Below are positions 19,082 to 27,723 of a DNA stretch of 42,045 nucleotides, one piece after another. This stretch comes from Limisphaerales bacterium (lineage in GTDB: Bacteria; Verrucomicrobiota; Verrucomicrobiia; Limisphaerales; SIBE01): the NCBI GenBank assembly GCA_044225505.1, contig JBGAIN010000060.1, positions 1 through 42,045 of the forward strand, written 5' to 3'. The position numbers and the translations under genes are program-made. The notes under the pieces were generated by a model that was not told where the DNA came from, made no database searches, and was given only the letters and a program-made list of their open reading frames with translations. How positions within the stretch are numbered: position 1 is the stretch's first letter; the number at the start of each line of letters is the position of its first letter.

Positions 19082-19939
19082 TCAGACTCTAATCACGGGA
19101 TTATCTAGCACCCCGATACCGCTGATTTCTAGGCGAACGCGATCCCCTTCCTCGAGGGTGAAGGACTCCGGCGGGACCACTCCAGTCCCGGTAAAAAGGT
19201 AGGCTCCATCGGGAAACTGTTGACTGCGAAATAGAAACCCAATCAACTCCGCAAATGTCCGTTTGATTTGCCCGACGCTCGTTTCGCCGGAAAAGACGTT
19301 CTGAGAACCGCGGTGAATCTCTACTCGAATGCTCCAGGACCTAATTTCGGCTTCGGAGGCTCCCACGACCACATACGGACCCAAGGCGCAGGATCCTCGG
19401 TAGATCTTGGCTTGGGGAAGGTAAAGGAGATTCTCGCCTTCAATATCTCGGGAACTCATGTCGTTGCCAAGAGTACAGCCCACGAGCTGGCCTGCCGAAT
19501 TTGTGATTAGGACTAGCTCCGGCTCCGGCACGCTCCAACGAGCGTCCTGCCGAATTCCCACCGGTTTGCCGGGGCCTACCACCTTGGTCGGTAGAGATTT
19601 GAAGAATAGTTCAGGGCGTTCGGCGAGGTAGACTCGATCGTAAGCGTTGGCGCTAAAGTCGGACTCTTCCATTCGGGCTGTTTTGCTGCGCAAGTAAGTC
19701 ACTCCCGCCGCCCAGACTTCCTGGCGATCAATCGGTGCCAGCAACTGCACTTCCGACAATGCATAATGTGGCAGCTTGGTCTGGCTAAGGGCTCGAAGTC
19801 GACCGGGTAAATCCTGGTCCTCAAATAGCTTGCTTAAGTCTGGAAATCCCGCAGCGCTCAAGTTGACCACGGAGTCGTTCTCTCGGAGCAGTCCAACTTG
19901 GGGAGGCTGATGGGGGGTGGTGAAACGGCAGAGTTTCAT
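19082..19939 (-). CDS. Fumarylacetoacetate hydrolase family protein, XylX/KdaD-like 2-keto-3-deoxypentonate dehydratase
   Basis: EVWAAGVTYLRS..AR.EES, YDRVY.AERPELFFK, PEPEL, GNDMSSRDIEGEN.LYLPQAK, TGTGVVP. ATG 19939 lies 2 nt after the lptG stop. Confidence 0.88.
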   Translation of the reverse strand: MKLCRFTTPHQPPQVGLLRENDSVVNLSAAGFPDLSKLFEDQDLPGRLRALSQTKLPHYALSEVQLLAPIDRQEVWAAGVTYLRSKTARMEESDFSANAYDRVYLAERPELFFKSLPTKVVGPGKPVGIRQDARWSVPEPELVLITNSAGQLVGCTLGNDMSSRDIEGENLLYLPQAKIYRGSCALGPYVVVGASEAEIRSWSIRVEIHRGSQNVFSGETSVGQIKRTFAELIGFLFRSQQFPDGAYLFTGTGVVPPESFTLEEGDRVRLEISGIGVLDNPVIRV

Positions 19940-19941
19940 AA

Positions 19942-21060
19942 TCAGGTGGCACGTGCGATGAACCAAATTCCAGTGGCTGCAAAGAGGCCGTTCGGGAGCC
20001 AAGCGCCCAGCCACGAGGGGATATATCCGCCGGTGCCGAGCGCCAGTCCCAGGCGAAGCAGAATGAAGAAACCGAAACAAATGAACACACTGCTGGCAAC
20101 CCCGGCAAAGGTGTTTCGACGACCGGTAGCGGCCCCAAACGGCAAGGCGATCAGCACGACCACGACGCAGGTCCACGGTGCTGCCAGGCGCTCCTGGAGC
20201 TTAGTGTAGAGGAGCGATTGATCCCTGGGATGCAGATCCGGGTGGAGCCGGATGTAATTCAGAATTTCCGCCATCGAAAGTTGCACGTCCTTGGCCGTGC
20301 GGAAATTCGCCAGGCGCCCGATCTTAATTTCGCTTTTAATCTGCTCCGGTGTCTCCGAGAATTCACACACCGTGAGGCTGTTGGTCTGGGTCACGGGGAA
20401 TTCGCCCTCTTTGCCTGGATAGGAGATGATTTCCTGCACATCCTGGAAGACCCAACAGTCGTTGGTGCGAATCGCCGCGCGCGCCATGAGCCGATTCGAT
20501 CGGTCGGGCAAGGTCCACTCCACCTGGGCATTGCGCATTTCATACGTGCGTGTGTTAAACGCGCCGATGTTCCAAATGCGACCGTCGCGCGCGTTCCGGA
20601 AATGGAGATTGTGAAACCAGTCGCGTTTTTCGGGGCCTTCGGGAGTTACGCGGTCGCGGGCGACGAGCGCACGCGCTGCTTCGTCAGCCTTGGGCACCCA
20701 GAATTCGTTGAGCGCGAGAAGCGCCAGGCTAAAAACGAATCCCACGCCCAGGTAAGGAAGGCTCAGTCGAGCCAGGCTTAGGCCGGCCGCGCGCATCGCG
20801 GTGAGCTCATGATAACGAGCGTGATTGGTCAGCGCGTAAAGCATGGCCAGCAAGAGCGCGATGGGCATAACCACCACCAGCAGTTCCGGCGCTTTGAGCA
20901 CGTAATACCAAACGATTTGTCGAGCGCCAACGTTGTCCTCCTGAAAACCACTGAGTTCAGTCAGTAAGTCGAAGGAAATCCAGAAAATCAGGAAGCCACC
21001 GAGGCAATAGCCCAGTGGAACGAGCAGCTCGCGCAACAGATAACGGTCCAACAGCCGCAT
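19942..21060 (-). CDS. lptG: LptF/LptG family LPS export permease (LptG-like)
   Basis: MRLLDRYLLRE, ELTAMRAAGLS, periplasmic beta-rich segment, three C-terminal TMs with AWLPN. F versus G assignment is not certain. Confidence 0.85.
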   Translation of the reverse strand: MRLLDRYLLRELLVPLGYCLGGFLIFWISFDLLTELSGFQEDNVGARQIVWYYVLKAPELLVVVMPIALLLAMLYALTNHARYHELTAMRAAGLSLARLSLPYLGVGFVFSLALLALNEFWVPKADEAARALVARDRVTPEGPEKRDWFHNLHFRNARDGRIWNIGAFNTRTYEMRNAQVEWTLPDRSNRLMARAAIRTNDCWVFQDVQEIISYPGKEGEFPVTQTNSLTVCEFSETPEQIKSEIKIGRLANFRTAKDVQLSMAEILNYIRLHPDLHPRDQSLLYTKLQERLAAPWTCVVVVLIALPFGAATGRRNTFAGVASSVFICFGFFILLRLGLALGTGGYIPSWLGAWLPNGLFAATGIWFIARAT

Positions 21061-21067
21061 TCGGTCG

Positions 21068-21096
21068 AGCGTAGCTGGGCGTCGCTCTTAACGCAA
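21068..21096 (-). promoter_or_regulatory. Putative sigma70 promoter for a leaderless lptG transcript
   Basis: Minus strand TTGCGT-17 nt-TACGCT, then 7 nt to ATG (21060). Confidence 0.5.
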
Positions 21097-21110
21097 GGAA
21101 CGGGAATCCT

Positions 21111-21138
21111 TTGACACTCTGCTTGCGCCACCTATATT
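21111..21138 (+). promoter_or_regulatory. Putative sigma70 promoter for the iscS-like/mrp genes
   Basis: TTGACA-16 nt-TATATT, back to back with the lptG promoter. Confidence 0.55.
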
Positions 21139-21210
21139 GCCTCAGAGCGTTCAAGGCTGCTCCACGACCTGAGCCTGGCGATAGGACCGTGCGGGATCAG
21201 CGGCTCTCCT

Positions 21211-22458
21211 ATGCCAAGTGTTTTCCTGGATCATCAATCCTCGACTCCGCTATTGCCGGAAGCGTGGGATGCGATGCAGCCTTACTTTCTCAGTTCATTT
21301 GGCAACCCCTCGTCTCTGCATCAGCACGGAATTCGGGCGCGCCAGGCGATCCAACGAGCCCGAACCCAATTTGCTGCCCTGGTAGGCGCCTCATCACCAG
21401 ACGAGATCATTTTCACATCCGGGGGGACCGAGGCGGCTAATCTTGCCATGCACGGGGTCGCTTGGGCTCACCAACGGCGGGGCAAGCATCTCGTTGTCAG
21501 TGCGGTCGAACATCCGGCGATTCTAAATGCCGCGGCGTTTCTCCAAAAACTGGGGTTTAGCGTCACCCGTGTTGCGGTGGATCAGCACGGGGCGGTGGAT
21601 CCGGACAGGGTGCGCGCAGCTCTGACGGGTGAAACCATCTTGATCTGTGTGCAGCACGCAAATCATGACATCGGCACCTTGCAGCCGATCGCGGAAATTG
21701 GCGCGCTTGCCCAGGAGCGGGGAGTGCCCCTGCTGGTCGACGCTATCGCAAGCGCCGGATGGCTCCCACTGGACGTTGAAAAGATGGGAATTAGCCTCCT
21801 CAGTCTGACAGCACATCGATTTTACGGCCCGAAAGGCGTCGGCGTTCTTTACCGTCATCGCCGAGTCTCGCTGACCAGCCTGATCCACGGCGGAGATCAG
21901 GAGCGCGGTTTTCGGGCCGGGACCGAGAACGTTCCGGCAATCGTGGGTGGCGGCGTCGCCGCGGAAGTGGCCTTACGAGAGATGGACAAACGCCGTGAAC
22001 ATGTTGGTCCCCTGCAAAGGCGTTTGTGGACAGGGCTCAAACAAGCTGCGTCCCACGTAGCGCTGCATGGTTTTGAGCCGGGGCCCCGCCGCATCTACAC
22101 GAACCTCAATGTTAGTGCGGAATTTACTGAAGGGGAAGGGCAACTACTTGCTCTAGACATGGCGGGGGTTGCCGTTACCAGCGGGACCAGTTGTGTCACT
22201 CGATCTTTAGCACCTTCGCCCGTCTTGGAGGCGATGGGTGTTGACCGTGCGGTCGCCTTAGCCAGTGTCATCTTTTCTTTGGGAAAGGATAACACCGACG
22301 AAGAGATCGATGGCGCCGTGGCCGCTTACACTAAGGTTGTCAAACGCTTGCGCGGCATGTCAACGACGTGGGAGGAGTATCAAAAGGGAATGCTCCCTTC
22401 CTGGATAGAGGCGCAAAGGCTCTCTCGGGCTGATTCTTCTCCGATCACCCAGGCTTGA
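21211..22458 (+). CDS. iscS: IscS/NifS-type cysteine desulfurase-like protein, atypical (PLP-binding Lys replaced by Arg)
   Basis: FGNPSSLH, IIFTSGGTEA.N, VEHPA, GTLQPI, GGDQERGFRAGTENV, catalytic loop SGTSC. TAHRFYGPKG in place of SAHKFYGPKG. Confidence 0.88.
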   Translation: MPSVFLDHQSSTPLLPEAWDAMQPYFLSSFGNPSSLHQHGIRARQAIQRARTQFAALVGASSPDEIIFTSGGTEAANLAMHGVAWAHQRRGKHLVVSAVEHPAILNAAAFLQKLGFSVTRVAVDQHGAVDPDRVRAALTGETILICVQHANHDIGTLQPIAEIGALAQERGVPLLVDAIASAGWLPLDVEKMGISLLSLTAHRFYGPKGVGVLYRHRRVSLTSLIHGGDQERGFRAGTENVPAIVGGGVAAEVALREMDKRREHVGPLQRRLWTGLKQAASHVALHGFEPGPRRIYTNLNVSAEFTEGEGQLLALDMAGVAVTSGTSCVTRSLAPSPVLEAMGVDRAVALASVIFSLGKDNTDEEIDGAVAAYTKVVKRLRGMSTTWEEYQKGMLPSWIEAQRLSRADSSPITQA

Positions 22459-22499
22459 CCCAGTGCCCCGTTCTCCATTGACTATAACTCGATTCTGTC

Positions 22500-23540
22500 A
22501 TGCTAACTGAAGCCATTGTTAAACAAGCGCTCCAAACCGTGAAATATCCAGGCTACACCCGGGATATTGTCTCGTTCGGGCTCGTGAAGCAGATTGCGGT
22601 CAACGACGAGGCGGTGAGTGTGCAGGTGCAACTCACCTCGGGCACCCCTGAAATTGCGTCTCAGATCAAAGCTGCTGGAGAAGCGGCATTAAAGGCATTG
22701 CCAGGAGCGCGCTCCGTTATCATGGATGTGAAGCTGCCCGCGGGCGCGGGCGGTGCGCCGGCCAATCCGTGGGCCAATCAAAACAAAGTTCCGGGAATCA
22801 AGCGTGTGGTCGCTGTGGCGAGCGGCAAGGGCGGCGTGGGCAAATCGACTACGTCCGTCAACTTGGCTTGCGCACTGCGTCATCTGGGCGCGGCGGTGGG
22901 ATTGTTAGACTGTGATATTTACGGTCCGAGCATCCCGTTGATGATGGGAATCAACCAACGGCCGACAATCAGTGCGGCTGAGAAACTGGTCCCGCCCGTC
23001 AATCATGGTGTGAAACTTATGAGCATGGGCTTCCTGTTAGAGGGCGATGCCCCTGTGATTTGGCGCGGGCCCATGATCATGAAAACGATCCAACAGTTTG
23101 TGAATGCTGTGGATTGGGGAGAACTCGACTACTTGTTGGTGGACCTGCCCCCGGGGACGGGCGACGCCCAACTCTCTCTCTGTCAGACGGTGCCTCTGGA
23201 CGGCGGTGTCATTGTGACGACACCTCAGGAAGCCTCGTTGGGTGTCGTGCGCAAGGGCATCGCCATGTTTGAAAAAGTCAACGTCCCCATTCTGGGAATT
23301 GTTGAAAACATGAGTTACTTCACGACTCCGACCGGTCAGCGGGTCGAGATCTTTGGCCATGGAGGTGGACGGACCGAAGCGGAGCGGCAGCGCATTGCTT
23401 TCCTGGGAGAAATCCCGATCTTCACCGAGATTCGCGAGAGTGGAGACCGAGGCATTCCAGTGGTCGTGGCCGATCCGAATGGGGCGCCCGGGCAGAGTTT
23501 TATTCGAGTGGCTATGGCTCTTCGCGAGAAGCTCGGTTAG
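22500..23540 (+). CDS. mrp: Mrp/ApbC/NBP35 family ATPase with N-terminal DUF59-like domain, lacking the CxxC motif
   Basis: DIVSFGLV, VASGKGGVGKST, DCDIYGPSIP, WRGPM, WGELDYL.VDLPPGTGD, VTTPQ, ENMSYF. Confidence 0.93.
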   Translation: MLTEAIVKQALQTVKYPGYTRDIVSFGLVKQIAVNDEAVSVQVQLTSGTPEIASQIKAAGEAALKALPGARSVIMDVKLPAGAGGAPANPWANQNKVPGIKRVVAVASGKGGVGKSTTSVNLACALRHLGAAVGLLDCDIYGPSIPLMMGINQRPTISAAEKLVPPVNHGVKLMSMGFLLEGDAPVIWRGPMIMKTIQQFVNAVDWGELDYLLVDLPPGTGDAQLSLCQTVPLDGGVIVTTPQEASLGVVRKGIAMFEKVNVPILGIVENMSYFTTPTGQRVEIFGHGGGRTEAERQRIAFLGEIPIFTEIRESGDRGIPVVVADPNGAPGQSFIRVAMALREKLG

Positions 23541-23855
23541 TGGTTCTTCTTTAGCACGGTGCGCAGGGAAGGCCAGGAAATTGGCTTTTACCTCTAGGTT
23601 TTCCCGGCCTGCCAAGTCCGGAGATGTTGACCAACACGGTTGAATTGTCGCAATAACGGGCAACCTTGCCATCAATTGAGACAAAACCGGGCGGATCTCG
23701 CGCCGCCCAGGTGCCGTCGGCACCTTTGCAAGCGATTCGAGACTTCGGCAAGAGTCCTGCTTAACGATCCTTAGGCTGCCCAAACCCGGCAGCTTTCCCG
23801 GATAAGTCCACACTTTGGTGGCACGACCCTAGACTGATTCGAACGGAATTATTTT

Positions 23856-24795
23856 ATGAAGACGGGCTATTTAATCGACATGGATGGGGTGATATACCGC
23901 GAGAATAACTTAATCCCGGGCGCCGCGGATTTTGTCCAAGCGCTCCTGGCCGCGGGCCGCCCTTTTTTGTTTCTCACGAACAACTCGGCTCCAACACCAG
24001 CCGATCTTACGGTGCGTCTCAAGCACATCGGCATCGCCGGTTTGTCGTCGAATCACTTTTACACGTCCGCACTCAACACGGCCGATTTCCTTTCCGAAAC
24101 ATATCCGAATTGCACGGCATTTGTTATTGGCGAGGGTGGCTTGATCGCTGCCCTGCATGAACGGAAGATCGCGAACGACTCGATTCATCCGCGCTACGTT
24201 GTGGTCGGGGAAGGCGCAACCACGATGGAACGTTTAACGAAAGCGCATGAGTGTCTGGAGCGCGGCGCGCGTCTTTTGGCAACCAATCCCGATAATTGGT
24301 GTCCCGTCTCGAGTGAAAAAACTCGGCCTGGAGCGGGTGCCACGGCCTCCTACCTCGAGGCTAGCACCGGGCGGCGTGCTTACTACCTGGGCAAGCCTAA
24401 CTTACTACCTGGGCAAGCCTAACGGCTACATGTTCCATCGCGCTCGACGCAAACTCGCGGAGCTGGCGCTTGGTGATCTTGAGCAGGTCGTCATGATTGG
24501 CGACACGATGGAAACCGACATTCGCGGTGCCGTGGAAGCGGGCATGCAATCGTTTCTAGTCCTGAGTGGATCGACCCAGCTCGAAAACGTCAGTGACTAC
24601 GTTTACCAGCCGACGCGCATTTTGCAGAGTGTCGCGGATCTGACGAAAGAGGTGAAGACAGGAGTGCCCTCCGATCGGCTCGATAGCCCGGCCTTTGGCA
24701 ATAGTCCAGCTTGTGGAAACCGTCCTGGGCATCGGCATCAAACGGACATCTTCGCCTTTCATAAGCCCCGACCCCGCCCCGCAATGACGAAGTAG
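23856..24795 (+). pseudogene. HAD-IIA (NagD-like) hydrolase, frameshifted by a 22-bp tandem duplication (real or assembly artefact)
   Basis: IDMDGV, FLTNN, ATNPD, GKP in ORF 23856..24422; IGDTMETDI.GA, LVLSG.T in the overlapping frame ending 24795. Deleting one repeat copy gives 918 bp = 305 aa in one frame. Confidence 0.88.
24379..24422 (+). repeat. Perfect 22-bp tandem duplication CTTACTACCTGGGCAAGCCTAA x2
   Basis: Copies at 24379-24400 and 24401-24422, read directly. Confidence 0.97.
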
Positions 24796-24955
24796 TAACG
24801 ACAGAGAACACGTGAGTTTAGGAAAGCCGTGCCGCGATAAAACAGCGAAGCGCTTTCGAATGGTTGTTGGTTCCGAAAGCGCCCGTTGCAGCAATCGATT
24901 GGATTTCCGTAGCCCTAGCCAGCGACTCTTTGGCAGGGCGGCAAAAGCCAGTTCT

Positions 24956-25810
24956 TTAGAAATCCGTGTTGGAACTTTGCAGATCGAGTTCCTTTATCCA
25001 GATGTTCCGGTAGCGAACGTCGTGTCCTTCGGCCTGCAACTTCAGTCCACCAGGTGTGTCGCTAATACCTTTGCCACCGTCGTTGCCGCCATCCATGCCC
25101 GAGTTTGGGCCGCCCCAAACCTGGCTGATGGTTTGATTGACGTGCACCTTCTTACCGTTGAAATACATCGTCACTTTCGGATTCTCGACTCGTTTCCCAT
25201 CTTTAAACCGGGCCGCGCGAAAAGTGATATNNNNNNNNNNNNNNNNNNNNNNNNNNGCGTGGTAAGGGGATTCAGATTCATTAATCACCGCTCCCATGCC
25301 GTGTTTCGTCTTGTCGCCGTCCAACACCTGGATCTCGTACCGGTTTTGCAGGTAAACACCGCTATTCCCGCCGGGTTTGGTGATTAAGAATTCAACGTGC
25401 GCGCGGAAATCTCGGTAGGCCTTTTTCGTCACAATGTCCGCCGCGCCGTACTTGCCGCCCTCGGCGGCCGGATCATACGTCGACACCACGGTGCCACCAT
25501 CCACTGGATCCTCCACGATCTTCCATTTGATGGGCAGCGCTGACTTAAACCCGGGTCCTTCCCAGTAAGTCCACTTTTCATCGAGCGTCTTCCGACTTCC
25601 ATCCAGAACTAACTCCGCTCCTGCCACGGGCTTTGCGCCAACTCCTACGGGCGAGTCGGCCGCCCGGGCCCCAGGAGTCATGTAAACCGCTACGGCAAGT
25701 GGAAGGATCGTCATTGCACGCTGCAGGAGTTGGGTGGTAAGCATGCCGCAGAGTAACCCTCTTCGAATCCGGCTGACCAATAGAAAAATCCACGGACGCC
25801 TTCTTTTCAT
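24956..25810 (-). CDS. Second DUF1080 family protein, spanning an N gap
   Basis: HVEFLI, GGNSGVYLQNRYEIQVLD, ITFRAARF, LKLQAEGHDVRYRNIWIKEL. Signal peptide ending ARA-A, so the start is probably a downstream Met. Confidence 0.85.
   Translation of the reverse strand: MKRRRPWIFLLVSRIRRGLLCGMLTTQLLQRAMTILPLAVAVYMTPGARAADSPVGVGAKPVAGAELVLDGSRKTLDEKWTYWEGPGFKSALPIKWKIVEDPVDGGTVVSTYDPAAEGGKYGAADIVTKKAYRDFRAHVEFLITKPGGNSGVYLQNRYEIQVLDGDKTKHGMGAVINESESPYHXXXXXXXXXXITFRAARFKDGKRVENPKVTMYFNGKKVHVNQTISQVWGGPNSGMDGGNDGGKGISDTPGGLKLQAEGHDVRYRNIWIKELDLQSSNTDF
25231..25256. other. Assembly gap (26 N)
   Basis: Run of N inside the DUF1080 gene; the frame is preserved across it. Confidence 0.98.
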
Positions 25811-26022
25811 TAGTCAACTCGATGGGAACCAGACCCCAATTTTGTTCACTCCCGCGCGCCGTCGCGACCTGAACAGGCTCCGTTCGCAAGGAGATTTTAA
25901 TGCCCCAGGCTGTTGGCCCGGTCAGGGTTGATGCGATCGGAGATGCGTGAGGCCAAGCCGGTTCAACGACTCTCGAACGTTTTTTCGTTATCGGCCCTCC
26001 TCGATTGCGCAGAAGGAGGTGG

Positions 26023-27702
26023 ATGAAGACTATCTTCGAGGCATGGACCCATTGGATTCGACGCGCCACGACCTGGGGCATGGCCTGCGCCCTGTTGACC
26101 GGACCTAGCCAAGGCGCTCCGCTTGGCACGGAATTCTCCTATCAAGGGTACTTAACCGAAAGCGGCGTGCCAGCCAGTGGAGCGTATGATCTCCAATTCC
26201 GGCTCTTCGATGCCGCGGCCGGAGGCGCTCAGGTAGGCCCAACCGTGGCTCGTGACGACGTGCCTCTGCAAGCCGGTCTCTTTAACGTTGCGTTGGATTT
26301 CGGCAGTGTGTTTGCAGGTCAATCGCTTTGGTTGGAAGTCTCCATGCGGCCAGGAGAGACTGCGGGAGCTTTCACTTTGTTGGGTAACCGACAGGCCATC
26401 CTGCCGGCGCCCTACGCGCTGTACGCTGCCGGAGGAGGCGTTGGGGGAAGCAACGCCGACACCTTTGTTCGGAGCGGTGCCAATGCTATCTTCAGCGCTG
26501 GCAACGTTGGGATAGGGACGCTCTCACCTTCGGCGCCGCTGGAGGTCACAGGGAATTGGGACCGCGGCGGTGGCTCCACAGTCCCTAACCTCTCCCTGTC
26601 CGGCTCCAACCCAACGCTGCAATGGGCCGGGAATCCGATGTCGGACCCAAGCTTCCCCGGGCTCGGGCCAAGGATCAGCTGGATCCTGCATCAAGGGGCG
26701 GAAGGTCCGGGCAGCTTGCAGTTCTTCTCCCGAGAGCGAAGCGCGCTGGCGATTGGCGGCTCAGACACGGGATGGCGCCGGGTGTTGACCTTGATGCCGA
26801 CCGGGCAATTGCGAGCAGATGGCAATGGGATCGCCTTGAATCCGGTCCTTGGGCCCGTCGTCACGCGAGGCTTCGCGCCTTTCCAAGTGAGTTCAAAGAG
26901 CGCTTACCACGGTCATGGGCGATGGGGCTACTTTGTCGAGTCCCAGGCGGTCGTGGCAGGTCTTCCGGACCCGGCCACGGCTGGGGAAGGCGCGTTCCAA
27001 GTCCGGCGATACTACGAAGATGGCAATAGCGAGGTTCTGTTCAGCGTTAGCAATCGCAACGGCACAGAGGTCAAGAGCCAGTATCTCAATGTTGAAGGGT
27101 TAGCGGGAGAGAACGCCTACCTCGGCGGCGACGGCCTGGGTGGGGATGTGGAAGTGGGAAGCCGCAATCCGGCCATTCCCACGGTCGTTCTGTGGAATTC
27201 TGGCCGGGGAGAAACCATGAACCTGGTCGGGAGCGATGCCTACTTGCGCGACGCCAACGTGCGGGCGTTAGTGATTAGAGGCGGGGCAGATCTGGCGGAG
27301 CCGTTTGCCATCTCGCACGCGCCCACCGGGGCGGAGCCGGGATCGATCGTTATCATCGACGAAGCAAATCCTGGCAAACTCCGGCTGAGTCACCGCCGGC
27401 AGGATACCCGGGTCGCTGGAATTGTCAGCGGCGCCAATGGCATCCATCCGGGGATCAGCATGATCCAGGAAGATGCACTTGAGCCAGGCGTCCACGTGGC
27501 GCTGAGTGGACGTGTCTACGCCAAAGCCGATTCTTCCGGAGGGCCGATTCGTCCTGGCGACCTCCTGACCACGTCAGACCGGCCAGGCTATGCCATGCGC
27601 GTCGCGGATGCGCAAGCAGCGCGCGGAGCTGTCTTGGGAAAGGCCATGACCTCGCTGACCACAGAGACCGGCTTGGTTCTTGTGCTGGTGACCCTGCAGT
27701 AA
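26023..27702 (+). CDS. Secreted tail-fibre-like protein with C-terminal intramolecular-chaperone (peptidase G2 IMC-like) domain
   Basis: Signal peptide ending SQG-A; FSYQG.L...G.P..G.YDLQF.L.DA..GG N-domain; GNVGIGT..P...LEV.G repeat; C-domain GADLAEPF...VAGIVS...ALSGRV...I.PGDLLTTS..PG.AM...GKAM. AGGAGG just upstream of ATG 26023. Confidence 0.68.
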   Translation: MKTIFEAWTHWIRRATTWGMACALLTGPSQGAPLGTEFSYQGYLTESGVPASGAYDLQFRLFDAAAGGAQVGPTVARDDVPLQAGLFNVALDFGSVFAGQSLWLEVSMRPGETAGAFTLLGNRQAILPAPYALYAAGGGVGGSNADTFVRSGANAIFSAGNVGIGTLSPSAPLEVTGNWDRGGGSTVPNLSLSGSNPTLQWAGNPMSDPSFPGLGPRISWILHQGAEGPGSLQFFSRERSALAIGGSDTGWRRVLTLMPTGQLRADGNGIALNPVLGPVVTRGFAPFQVSSKSAYHGHGRWGYFVESQAVVAGLPDPATAGEGAFQVRRYYEDGNSEVLFSVSNRNGTEVKSQYLNVEGLAGENAYLGGDGLGGDVEVGSRNPAIPTVVLWNSGRGETMNLVGSDAYLRDANVRALVIRGGADLAEPFAISHAPTGAEPGSIVIIDEANPGKLRLSHRRQDTRVAGIVSGANGIHPGISMIQEDALEPGVHVALSGRVYAKADSSGGPIRPGDLLTTSDRPGYAMRVADAQAARGAVLGKAMTSLTTETGLVLVLVTLQ

Positions 27703-27723
27703 AGGTTCTGTGGCCACTCTGAG

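Noticed and set aside
19940..20176. N-terminal extension of the 364-aa FAH ORF
   Set aside because: Overlaps lptG in another frame; family similarity starts at ATG 19939.
23640..23830. Possible SAM-I riboswitch (GGCAACC, GATAAG fragments) or sigma54 site (TGGCAC)
   Set aside because: Order and pairing of the SAM-I elements do not fit, and TGGCAC lacks the TTGC at -12.
24379..24422. CRISPR repeat or IS target-site duplication
   Set aside because: Two directly abutting copies with no spacer or intervening element, and no cas or transposase genes.
26023..27702. Prophage interpretation of the tail-fibre-like gene
   Set aside because: It has a signal peptide, and there are no capsid, terminase, integrase or lysis genes in the window.
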